This document shows, piece by piece, positions 26,458 to 36,000 of a stretch of 40,000 nucleotides of DNA; position 1 is the first letter of the stretch; every line of letters begins with the position of its first letter. The DNA lies in contig CAWGYA010000008.1 in assembly GCA_963826715.1 (NCBI GenBank), positions 1,028,415 through 1,068,414 of the forward strand. The letters are read 5' to 3'. Made by a program: the position numbers and the translations under genes. Source of the DNA: Candidatus Bathyarchaeota archaeon. Its GTDB lineage: Archaea; Thermoproteota; Bathyarchaeia; Bathyarchaeales; Bathycorpusculaceae. The notes under the pieces were generated by a model. It was not told the origin of the DNA and ran no database searches. It saw nothing but the letters and a program-made list of their open reading frames with translations.

Positions 26458-27645
26458 CTATTTCAACTCCTTAGGCGTAAGAGGAGACATATCTCTTAGT
26501 CTCTTTACAATACCTGGCATGATACTTTTTAATTTATCCACGTCTTCTTGTGTATTTTCTCTTCCCAAAGTTAACATCAGAGAACCATGTGCATCTTCTG
26601 GTTCTAAACCCAATGCGCGCAAAACATGAGAGGGCTGCAAAGTTTTAGCGGCGCATGCCGAGCCCGATGAAGCTAAAATACCCTCAAGATCTAAACTTAA
26701 GAGTATTGATTCACCTTCTATGAAGCTGTACCTTACCGAAACGTTATCGGGTAATCTTTTGGATGGATGGCCGTTTAAGAATGTGTTTGGAACAGGTTCG
26801 ATAAGACCTTTAATTAAATCATCTCGAAGCGAAATCAATCTCTTGCCTTCGGTGAACATTTCGGTTTTTGCAATATCTGCAGCTTTAGCAAAACCCACTA
26901 AACCAGGTATATTTTCCGTTCCCGATCTCAATCCGCGTTCTTGTCCACCACCTTGAATTATTGGCTCGATAGTTGTGCCTGGTTTAATATATAGTGCTCC
27001 AACTCCTTTTGGTCCATACATGTCGTTACTTGAAAGTGTTAAGAGATCTATGTTTTCATTTTGTACATCAATTGGGACTTGACCTGAAGCTGCTGTGGCG
27101 TCAACATGTAGGAAAGCCTTTTTTTCATGCACTATTTTACTAATCTCTTTGATTGGCTCAATAGTACCTATCTCAGGGTTTGCGTAGACAATTGAAACAA
27201 GTATCGTTTGATCGTTCAATTCAGCTTCAATTTTTTCTAAATCTAAAACCCCAAAGCTGTCAACAGGCAAGAAAACTACCTCGAATCCGTTTCGTATCAA
27301 AACTTTACACGGGTTAACAATTGACATATGCTCGATGCTAGAGGTTAAGATTTTATTGCCCCGGGTTTTGTTTCTACCGGCTATACCTCTGATAGCCAAG
27401 TTGTTGCTTTCTGTGGCTCCTGAAGTGAAAATTATAGCTTCATTTTTTTCAGAGTTGATTAATTTAGCGATACTTTCTCTACTTTGTTCTAAAGTTTGTT
27501 TTGCATGCTGTCCTAAGGAATGTACTGATGAAGGATTCCCAAAATACATTTTAAAAAATGGTAACATAGCATCAGTTACGCGTGATTCAACAGGTTTTCC
27601 CGCTGAGTAATCCATACAGATTTTTTTTTCATTAATGTCATCCAT
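26458..27645 (-). CDS. iscS: IscS/NifS-like class V aminotransferase-fold protein lacking the PLP-binding lysine
   Basis: 'HVDATAASGQ' and 'SSGSACAAKTLQPSHVL' (active-site Cys loop). The canonical 'SGHKxYGPKG' reads 'SSNDMYGPKG', with Asp208 (codon 27022-27024) in place of Lys. AAGGAGGA precedes the ATG. Confidence 0.88.
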   Translation of the reverse strand: MDDINEKKICMDYSAGKPVESRVTDAMLPFFKMYFGNPSSVHSLGQHAKQTLEQSRESIAKLINSEKNEAIIFTSGATESNNLAIRGIAGRNKTRGNKILTSSIEHMSIVNPCKVLIRNGFEVVFLPVDSFGVLDLEKIEAELNDQTILVSIVYANPEIGTIEPIKEISKIVHEKKAFLHVDATAASGQVPIDVQNENIDLLTLSSNDMYGPKGVGALYIKPGTTIEPIIQGGGQERGLRSGTENIPGLVGFAKAADIAKTEMFTEGKRLISLRDDLIKGLIEPVPNTFLNGHPSKRLPDNVSVRYSFIEGESILLSLDLEGILASSGSACAAKTLQPSHVLRALGLEPEDAHGSLMLTLGRENTQEDVDKLKSIMPGIVKRLRDMSPLTPKELK

Positions 27646-27666
27646 GTTACGGTCCTCCTTGTTTGA

Positions 27667-27966
27667 TTATTTCAGTTTCTTAACTATTATCTTGGTTACG
27701 CCGTCTTCTTGTTTGCTTTCTAGTACTTGGTGACCTAAATTTTTAGCAAGGTTTTCAATGTCTGCTTTAGCTGCTGGGTCATCGGCAATGATTTCAAGAG
27801 TTTCTCCGACTTTCATTTCATCCAATTGTAATCTAGTGTTGAAAACTGGTTCTGGACAGAATAACCCCAAACAATCTAGAGATTTATCGGCTTTTATAAG
27901 AATACCCTCAAATAAACTGAGACGTGGTAACAATAAAAGTTTTCCTAAATCATTGAACACATTCAT
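27667..27966 (-). CDS. TusA/SirA-family sulfurtransferase
   Basis: 'LDCLGLFCPEPV' (CPxP motif) and 'LEIIADDPAAKADI'. The first ~25 aa may lie upstream of the true start. Confidence 0.78.
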   Translation of the reverse strand: MNVFNDLGKLLLLPRLSLFEGILIKADKSLDCLGLFCPEPVFNTRLQLDEMKVGETLEIIADDPAAKADIENLAKNLGHQVLESKQEDGVTKIIVKKLK

Positions 27967-28105
27967 TAAGAATTTGACTGCTCAAACTTTTATGGCTCAG
28001 TTCAGATTTGGAATTTATAAATTTTCGTATCAATGATTTTGAGTGTCGTTGTTAAGTTTGCAAACAAACAAAAATAGGATTAAGGCAAAAAAGCCTGTTA
28101 CTTTA

Positions 28106-29041
28106 TTAAATCAATACGCCGATTTTTGTGGCTAACACCTCGTACCCCGCCGTCTTGAAGGCGGATACAACTTTGTCTTGAAGTTCCTTGCCAGGAGTCA
28201 ACGCAACCATGCAGCCTCCGCCTCCGCCCCCTGTTAATTTTGCGCCAAATGCACCTTGATTTCGTGCAATGTCGACGAGAAGGTTAAGTTCTTTGCTGGA
28301 GACTCCTATTTCTTGTAGAATCCTGTGATTTTCATTCATAAGGTCGCCCACTTTCTTTAGGTCGCCTGATTGAAGGGCCGCACGCCCCGCAATAGCCAAA
28401 GATTCTGCTTGCTTGAAGAGGGGGTCGTATTTGGATGAATTGGATTTCTTGCGTTCCGCGACGCCTTCCACCATGGCTTTGGTATTGGCGACTTTGCCTG
28501 TGCTTCCGATAACGATTTCAATTGGACGCTTTACCTTGATTTTTTCGACAAGGTCCTGTCCTCCTGCGGGGTTTTTCTTGAACCACATAAAGCCTCCGTA
28601 AGTCGCTGCGGTGTTGTCAATGCCAGAGGGATTGCCAGCGTAAGCTTTCTCGCCTTCGTATGCGACAGCATTTATTTTCTCGTTAGATAAGTTGAGACCA
28701 CGCTCTTGACTAATGGCACGCGCAATGGCGACACTGCTTGCCGCCGAAGCCCCTAAACCACTGAAACCTGGAAGTGTCCCGCCTATCCAGATGTCAAAAG
28801 GCGTCTTGGGATCTAAATCCATAGCTTTGAGCATGCGTTCAATAGATTCGACTTGTTGTAGTTGTTTCTCTTCACTGTAGCCTTTGGCGGTTTTTCGTTC
28901 ATCTCTTATGTTGAATTTATTAGATTTTTGGACTTCGGCATCTGTTGAGGCGTCGATTGCTGATACGACACCGGGAATGCCGTGGACAACGAAGTGTTCG
29001 CCGAATAGAATGACTTTTCCGTAACCTGAACCTCTACCCAT
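28106..29041 (-). CDS. mvk: Mevalonate kinase
   Basis: 'GKVILFGEHFVVHG', 'PGFSGLGASAASSVA' (GHMP motif II), 'KLTGGGGGGCMVAL'. Confidence 0.92.
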   Translation of the reverse strand: MGRGSGYGKVILFGEHFVVHGIPGVVSAIDASTDAEVQKSNKFNIRDERKTAKGYSEEKQLQQVESIERMLKAMDLDPKTPFDIWIGGTLPGFSGLGASAASSVAIARAISQERGLNLSNEKINAVAYEGEKAYAGNPSGIDNTAATYGGFMWFKKNPAGGQDLVEKIKVKRPIEIVIGSTGKVANTKAMVEGVAERKKSNSSKYDPLFKQAESLAIAGRAALQSGDLKKVGDLMNENHRILQEIGVSSKELNLLVDIARNQGAFGAKLTGGGGGGCMVALTPGKELQDKVVSAFKTAGYEVLATKIGVLI

Positions 29042-29269
29042 ACATGTTACACCTTAAATAGAGCTATTTATCTTCCCCAGATAAAAAACATTCTTTCGGC
29101 TCAAACCTTATGGTTCAGCTAAAATTGTTTTTTTGCCATCCCAAAACTTGTTTATATTCTTCAGGATTTCTAAAATTAGACCTTTTTAATTTTTGGGAAC
29201 AATAAAATAGCTTTAGTAATGGCTAAATACTGCAAAGCCTAATTCCGTTGATATTTAGCTGGGAAAGCA

Positions 29270-30607
29270 ATGAAAGATGTACCCGAACTAGTCTCCGAGT
29301 TAATCGATGCATCAAAGAAGCATGAACAATACCGTGACAAAGAATGCATTAACATGATAGCTAGTGAGGGCATAAAGTCACCCGCAGTCAGCCAAATGCT
29401 CGATATGAGTCACGATCTCGCAACGCGATATGCAGAAGGCGACAATGACATAGAAGGGCACGTCAAAAAGCGTTACTATCAAGGGCAAAAATACATGAGT
29501 CAAATCGAGGACTTTGCCACAGACGCAATTAAAAGCCTTTTTAATACAAAATGGGCTGATGTTCGCTTAATATCAGGTACACACGCTAACACAGCAACAT
29601 TCAAGGGGTTATCTTTAGCCTCAAAGAATAACAAGATGGTTGTTACACCACTAAGCTGTGGTGCTCACATAAGCCACGATTATACTGGCTTAGCAGGCAG
29701 TATACTTGGCATAGATAACATTAATCACGTTTACGATATAGACGAATTTAACATAGACCCTGAAAAATCAGCCTATGTTATCCGCGCCGCCAAACCAGGT
29801 ATAGTCACCTTTGGCGGCAGTTTGTTCCTTTTTCCACACCCAATCAAAGAGCTAAAAACGGTTTGCGATGAAGTTGGTGCTTATGTCGCCTATGATGCAG
29901 CCCATGTGCTCGGCTTGATTGCCGGTGGGCAATTTCAAGACCCTCTTCGGGAAGGTGCCGACTTCATCACTGCATCCACCCACAAGACCTTTCCAGGTCC
30001 TCAAGGTGGTGTTATCATGGGCACTCCTGACACTCCTGCCAAAGAAAAGGCAGTCCGAAAAATCCAGTATGCCGTTTTCCCACTGAGTGCTTCAAGTACC
30101 CATCTGGGTAGATTGCCTGCATTAGGAATAGCCTGTTTAGAGATGAAAGTATTTGGCTCAGAACTAGCAACCCAAATCGTCAAGAACGCCCAGATTGCAG
30201 GACAATATCTCTATGAGAACGGTGTCAAGGTACTTGCGGAAAAGAAAGGATTTACACGAAGTCACCAAATTGCCCTTGATGTAAGAGAGTTTGGTGGTGG
30301 CAATAAAATCGCTCAGGACCTCGAAGATGCCAATATTATTCTTAATAAGAACCTATTACCCTACGATGACCAAGCCAGCAAAGAAAACCCTTCAGGGCTC
30401 CGTGTCGGATTCCAAGACATTTCAAGACGAGGTTTCAGAGAGGGTGATATTAAGCACCTCTGCGACTTGATGCTGGATATAATTAAGGCTAAACGCACGC
30501 CTGCTGAAGTTAAAGTAGATGTGTTAGAGCTTAAGAAAGAGTTTGCTGGCGTCAAATACTGTTTCCAATCAGTTGAAGAAGCCCTAAAATATACTAAGAG
30601 TTTATAA
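29270..30607 (+). CDS. glyA: Serine hydroxymethyltransferase
   Basis: 445 aa with 'INMIASEG', 'RYYQG' and 'ASTHKTFPGPQGG' (PLP lysine). Confidence 0.92.
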   Translation: MKDVPELVSELIDASKKHEQYRDKECINMIASEGIKSPAVSQMLDMSHDLATRYAEGDNDIEGHVKKRYYQGQKYMSQIEDFATDAIKSLFNTKWADVRLISGTHANTATFKGLSLASKNNKMVVTPLSCGAHISHDYTGLAGSILGIDNINHVYDIDEFNIDPEKSAYVIRAAKPGIVTFGGSLFLFPHPIKELKTVCDEVGAYVAYDAAHVLGLIAGGQFQDPLREGADFITASTHKTFPGPQGGVIMGTPDTPAKEKAVRKIQYAVFPLSASSTHLGRLPALGIACLEMKVFGSELATQIVKNAQIAGQYLYENGVKVLAEKKGFTRSHQIALDVREFGGGNKIAQDLEDANIILNKNLLPYDDQASKENPSGLRVGFQDISRRGFREGDIKHLCDLMLDIIKAKRTPAEVKVDVLELKKEFAGVKYCFQSVEEALKYTKSL

Positions 30608-30685
30608 TCCAATTATTATGGGATTTTTCTTTTTATTTTAAATAACCTTAATTAAGTAATTGCTTGATTTTTGATTAGAAACGTA

Positions 30686-30967
30686 ATGTCTTTGCCTTTA
30701 GACCCTTTAACAGTTCTGTTCTTCGCTGTTGCAATAGGTTTTGTAGTAATCTTTATCCTACTCCCAAGGGTCGGTCCACATTATACTTCCAAGTTGACTT
30801 GTCCTAATTGCAGGAAAACCTTCAACTTCCATTGGATACCCGGGGCAACTATATCTTCTTTGATTCAACGCAATTACCGTACCCTGAAGTGCCCCTATTG
30901 TCACCGCAAATCAACTTTTGACGTAGCTGCTACGAGAGTTCGTACTCCTAGAAAACCTAAACCTTAA
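30686..30967 (+). CDS. Small membrane-anchored zinc-ribbon protein
   Basis: One TM helix, then 'CPNC...CPYC'. I prefer the ATG at 30686 to the TTG at 30671. Confidence 0.5.
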   Translation: MSLPLDPLTVLFFAVAIGFVVIFILLPRVGPHYTSKLTCPNCRKTFNFHWIPGATISSLIQRNYRTLKCPYCHRKSTFDVAATRVRTPRKPKP

Positions 30968-31048
30968 GTGGAAGCATAGCTGACAAGCATTTTCTGGAGA
31001 GAACTTTATAATCTACTTGCTTTAACTAAAGTTCAAGGTGAAATTTGC

Positions 31049-32233
31049 ATGAAGGTATTGTTAAACGATGGTTTAGAGAAAGAAGGCTTAAGCATCTTCC
31101 AACAAGCAGGCATAGAAACAGATACAAAGAAACGTGATCCTGTCACATTAGTCTCAGAAATCGGTCAGTTTGATGCACTTGTAGTCCGAAGTGCTACCAA
31201 AGTAACCCGTGAAGTCATTGAAGCAGGTGCGAAAGGAAAACTCAAAATCATCGGACGCGCAGGCGTAGGATACGACAACATTGACGCTGCCGTAGCATCA
31301 GAAAAAGGCATTGTGGTAAAGATTGCCCCTTACGGTAGTACTAACGCGGTTGCAGAATTAGCAATTGCCCTGATGCTATCCATTTCACGCAATACCCCCC
31401 AAGCGCACAACTCGTTGAAAAACGGCGTTTGGATAAAAAAGAAACTTCAAGGTAGGGAAATCGCCTACAAAACACTTGGGCTCTTAGGTTGTGGAAGAAT
31501 AGGTCAGAAAGTAGCCCAAATTGCAAAACGTGGCTTTGATATGGACGTAATTGGTCACGATATTAAACCCTGCTTTGAAAGTGGCATAAAATTTACAACT
31601 AAAGAAGAAGTGCTCCAGAAGGCTGACTACATTAGTATTCACACTGGTGGTAGAGATATCATCGTAGGTGCCAAAGAACTTGCGATGATGAAACCCAGTG
31701 CCTACATAATCAACACTTCGCGCGGCAATAACATTGACCAGCAAGCTCTCTATAATGCACTTAAAGACGGCACAATTGCGGGTTATGCTACGGACGTTTA
31801 CAAAGAGGAACCTAAGGTCGAAGGTGACCCATTCATAGACAGACTCAAAGAACTTGATAACGTAGTACTCAGTAGCCACCTTGGTGCATCAACGGTTGAA
31901 GCGCAACGTGAAACTGCAACTGAAATGGCTCGCGTCCTAATAGGATATCTTTTTGGCGGTGATTTTATCAACGCAGTTAATGCAGGGGAATCAATCGAAG
32001 TGGAAGAAAAGCCTGTTCACACTCTCTTTATCCATCACAAAGACGTTCCCGGTGTCTTCGCAAATATCGATAAAGTTCTAGCTGATAATGAGATCAACAT
32101 CCGCGCTAACTACTCTCGCCAAATCGGCATCAGCGGCTATGCCATCTCGGTTTATGTGTTGCATAAGAAAGTTGAGACAAGTGTAATTGACGTGTTGAAC
32201 AAGATAGATAACGTTTGTGACGTTAAAACCTAA
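31049..32233 (+). CDS. serA: D-3-phosphoglycerate dehydrogenase (with C-terminal ACT-like domain)
   Basis: '[14 protein letters not shown]', 'NTSRG', 'GYATDVY', 'SSHLGAST', and a C-terminal '[22 protein letters not shown]'. Confidence 0.88.
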   Translation: MKVLLNDGLEKEGLSIFQQAGIETDTKKRDPVTLVSEIGQFDALVVRSATKVTREVIEAGAKGKLKIIGRAGVGYDNIDAAVASEKGIVVKIAPYGSTNAVAELAIALMLSISRNTPQAHNSLKNGVWIKKKLQGREIAYKTLGLLGCGRIGQKVAQIAKRGFDMDVIGHDIKPCFESGIKFTTKEEVLQKADYISIHTGGRDIIVGAKELAMMKPSAYIINTSRGNNIDQQALYNALKDGTIAGYATDVYKEEPKVEGDPFIDRLKELDNVVLSSHLGASTVEAQRETATEMARVLIGYLFGGDFINAVNAGESIEVEEKPVHTLFIHHKDVPGVFANIDKVLADNEINIRANYSRQIGISGYAISVYVLHKKVETSVIDVLNKIDNVCDVKT

Positions 32234-32286
32234 TTCTTCATTTTTGTTTTTTATGGTATCAATAAAATACTTTTAGACGGTTTGCT

Positions 32287-32493
32287 TTAGTTCTTTTCCC
32301 TGAGCTCTTTTTGTTGGCGCAAAATTTGAGTGGCGAGCGTCGTTAGAATTATTATTAAAAAGGATATTATGCCGATACTTATCTTATAGGTGAAATCTAT
32401 AGGCGCATAGAATATTGCGAGCATAGTCACCATCATCAATGCTAGTACAAGAACTTCTTGAACTCCTCCTATTTTGAGACCGCCAAAACTCAT
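32287..32493 (-). CDS. Small two-TM membrane protein (hypothetical)
   Basis: Hydrophobic 68-72-aa ORF. ATG at 32493; the track start at 32505 is TTG. Confidence 0.4.
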   Translation of the reverse strand: MSFGGLKIGGVQEVLVLALMMVTMLAIFYAPIDFTYKISIGIISFLIIILTTLATQILRQQKELREKN

Positions 32494-32642
32494 GTATTTC
32501 ACCAATCAAGAGTTTCTGGTAAAGGTGAAATATTAATTTTATGCGTTACACCCATCAAATTTGGTGTTCATCAGTACTTCCAGTGGTGATTTAATCAAAA
32601 TGTAAAAATAGAATGGTAAAGATGGAAAAAGGTTGGTGGTTG

Positions 32643-33095
32643 TTAAAGGTCTTCTGTAGAGATTTCTTTCACACGACTCTCGATGAATTCGGCGACTTTC
32701 TGTTCACTGAACTTGCGATCGTTCTCTTGTGCATATAGCTGCTGCTTGACGATATCTAACAGTTTCTCTACATCAACAGGTTTTAGAAGATAAGCGTCCG
32801 CGTTCTTGTTTACTGCTGCAATGGCATTCTGCATCGACGGATAACCGGTGACCATGATTTTGCGGGTTCGAGGAACGCCGTCTTTAATTCTTTTAAGCAG
32901 TTCTATCCCTTCCATATCGGGTAGTCGAATGTCTAAGAGCGCTATATTGTATGAAGTTTCCTGTGTTTTCTCAATGGCCTCTTTACCACTGGCTGCCAAA
33001 TCAACAATATAGCCTTCGTCCTGTAGGATAGCTTTCATTGTGGTTCTTATGGTTTCATCGTCGTCGACAACGAGGATTCTGGGATTTTTATCCAT
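32643..33095 (-). CDS. Response regulator, receiver domain only
   Basis: 'ILVVDDDETIR', 'LLDIRLPDMEG', 'MVTGY', 'LLKP'. No DNA-binding output domain. Confidence 0.9.
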   Translation of the reverse strand: MDKNPRILVVDDDETIRTTMKAILQDEGYIVDLAASGKEAIEKTQETSYNIALLDIRLPDMEGIELLKRIKDGVPRTRKIMVTGYPSMQNAIAAVNKNADAYLLKPVDVEKLLDIVKQQLYAQENDRKFSEQKVAEFIESRVKEISTEDL

Positions 33096-36000
33096 ACTTT
33101 TTCACCTCCTATTTCAAATTTAGGTTTAAAGGGTAGAGTTACTGTGAAGGTTGTCCCATAGTTTTTGATTGTGCTAACAGTTATTGTGCCCCCGTGTGCC
33201 TCAATAATGCGTTTACATATTGCTAGTCCGAAACCCATACCCTGTGCTTTTGTAGTGTAAAGTGGGGCGAAAAGTTTTGGTAAAACCTCATCGCTGATGC
33301 CGCTTCCTGTGTCATGGAATGAAATCTCCATACTGCCTTTGACTTCTAGGCTATCAACCGTAAGATTACCTCCACTAGGCATAACTTCAATTGCGTTCTT
33401 TACCAAGTTTATGAAAACCCTCTTTATTTTATCGGGGTCAACATTTAAGAGAGGGGTTTCTGGAAGTTTGTTTTTGATTTTGACTTTTTTGGGTATAATG
33501 ATGAATTTTAATGCTTCAGATAACAGGTTCTTCGGTGAATCCTCAACAAGTTCTAAATGGATTTCCCGGGAGTAGTCGAGAAGGTCACTGACAATCTTGT
33601 TTGAGTAATCCACGCATTTATCGATGATTTCAAGCATCTCCTGCGTCTGCTTAAGGGGCAACTTTGTTCCCTTCTTTTTTAGGAAATACGCAGAATTCTT
33701 GATTCCTGTGAGCGGATTGCGAAGATCATGCCCAACCATGCCTGCTAATTCGCCAATTGCTGCCAATCGTTCTGATTTAACGAGTTCTGCCTGTGTCTTT
33801 TTCAACTGCTCTGTTCGCTTTTGAACTAGCTCTTCAAGCTTCTGAGAATACTCAGCTAACTTATTTTGCAAATGTTTTCTTTCGGTGATGTCAATTGCAA
33901 TCTCTAATGCTGCGATAATGCTTCCGTCTTTATCTTTGATAGGGGTAGTTATGAGTTCTGACCAGACATCTCTCTCACTGGTTTTTATTTTGTAATCTCT
34001 TCGAACAATGTTCTTGCCTTCTTCAAAGACTTTTTTGACTCCGCATCCTTCGCAGACCCCTTTGGAACCGTTTCCTAGAGTTTCATAGCAAGCTCTGTTT
34101 TCTATTTTGTTGCAATGAACTACTTGTTTTGCCGTCTCGTTTGCCCAAATAACTTTGTAGTCATGGTTGATAATGGCTAAAACGATGTTAGTGCTTGTAG
34201 CAACACTTTCAAGCAGGTCACGTTCTTGCCTTAGGGCTTCCTCTAACGCTTTTGATTCAGTTATATCCCTAACAATCAATAGTAAACAGTTTTTGTCTTT
34301 TAACCTCACAGTTATCACTGAAAGGTCAATAGGAAAAGCACTACCATTTTTTCTGAGCGCGGAAATTCCTAATTCTCTCTTTGAAGTTGGTTTATTATTT
34401 AATTCTTTACGTGTCTGAATGTATTTGTTTTGCGCTTTGAGTGGAATAATCAGCTCGGTAATTTTTTTACCAAGAACTTCTTCAGCTAAAAACCCAAAGA
34501 TTTTTTCTGCCCCAGGGTTCCAATAAATCACTTTGTCATCCATATCGCTTAGAACTATGGCATCCATAGCTGAAGTGCTGATGGCGCGGAACCGTTCCTC
34601 GCTTTCCGCTAATGCTTGTTCTGCTCGCTTACGCTCAGTTATATCGGATATGACTGCTAACATGCCTATTTTCTGCTTTTGATCGTCAGTAATCGTTGAG
34701 AGCGCGATAATTGCATCTACTCTCTGACCATCTTTTTTTGAGAACTTGAACTCAAACTGCCCTGTCCCACCCGAGGCTTTGTATTCCTCCAAGATAGCCT
34801 TATTTTTTTCTCTCTCTTCAGCATTGAAGAAATCAATAATCTGTTTGCCACGCATTTCACTTCCAGTGTAGCCCAGCATCTGCGTCATACGTGGGTTAAC
34901 AAAAACAACTTTGAAGTCGTTGTTTATTGCCCAGATACCCTCATGTGCAAGCTCAACTAATTGACGATAGCGGGATTCGCTTGCTATAAGCGCGTTTTGA
35001 ACTTTTTTAATTTCGGTAATATCGTGAAATATAACATACAGATATTTCTTTCCTGCAGTTTGGAAAGTTCGAGTCGTCACTATGACGTTTCTTATTTCGC
35101 CATTTTTTGTTCTATGCTGGGTTTGAAATTCTTCTCCGCCACTCTCAATCATCTGTTTTGTATGCGCTTTTATTTCCTCGAGTGACTTTTTAGCTTCTAT
35201 CTCGTAGATCGGAATTTTCTCAAATTCCTCTCGTGTATAACCTAACTGTTGATGAGCACAGTCATTAAATTCAATGCATTCGTTTGTCTCCGGGTCGATG
35301 ACCAAAACGCCCAATGGCGCCTGATTAAACAGTGCATGATAACGTTGTTCTGCATCTCTTAGTTTCTGGTCTGCTATTTTTCGTTCAGTGATATCTTTTA
35401 CTATGCCAACAGCCTTCCAGCTTCCGTTTGCGTTCAGAGAAGAAACTGATAATTCAGCGGGGAATTCACTTCCATCCTTGCGACGCCCAACTAATTCAAC
35501 TTTTCCAACAGTGAAGTACCCCATGCCGGTTTCGCTGAAGATTTTCATGCTTTCCTCTATGCGCACTCTTCCTTCTCTACACATAGATTGAGGAACAACT
35601 AGATCATGAATTTTTCTACCGATGACTTCTTTCTTTGTGTAGCCGAAGGTTTTTTCAGCGGCAGGATTCCAATAAGTAACTTTTGCATGCTCATCGATAA
35701 GAATTAAGGCATCTTTAATAGAATTGGTGATCCCTCTGAATTTCTCCTCGGCGCTCTGTAACTCATCATACATTCTATTGATACTTGTCACATCGTGGCA
35801 AGTTGCCAGAATAACCTCTCTTCCTGATAACTCAATCTTACACTGATTAACTACAACTAGTCGAATTTCGTTGTTTTTAGTCCGATGTTTCGTAAGAAAT
35901 TCGTTTTTTCCCACTTTAAGAACACTGCCGAGTTGCTCCAGAATTTCTTGCGGCTTTACAAGTGCTTCGAAATCCCACATATGAAGCTTGCTAAACTCTT

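Noticed and set aside
33047-33095. The 49-nt overlap between kinase and response regulator as a sign of a frameshift or sequencing error
   Set aside because: The kinase's HATPase domain is complete before the overlap, and the regulator starts with a normal 'MDKNPRILVVDDD'. A short non-conserved kinase tail overlapping the next gene is sufficient explanation.
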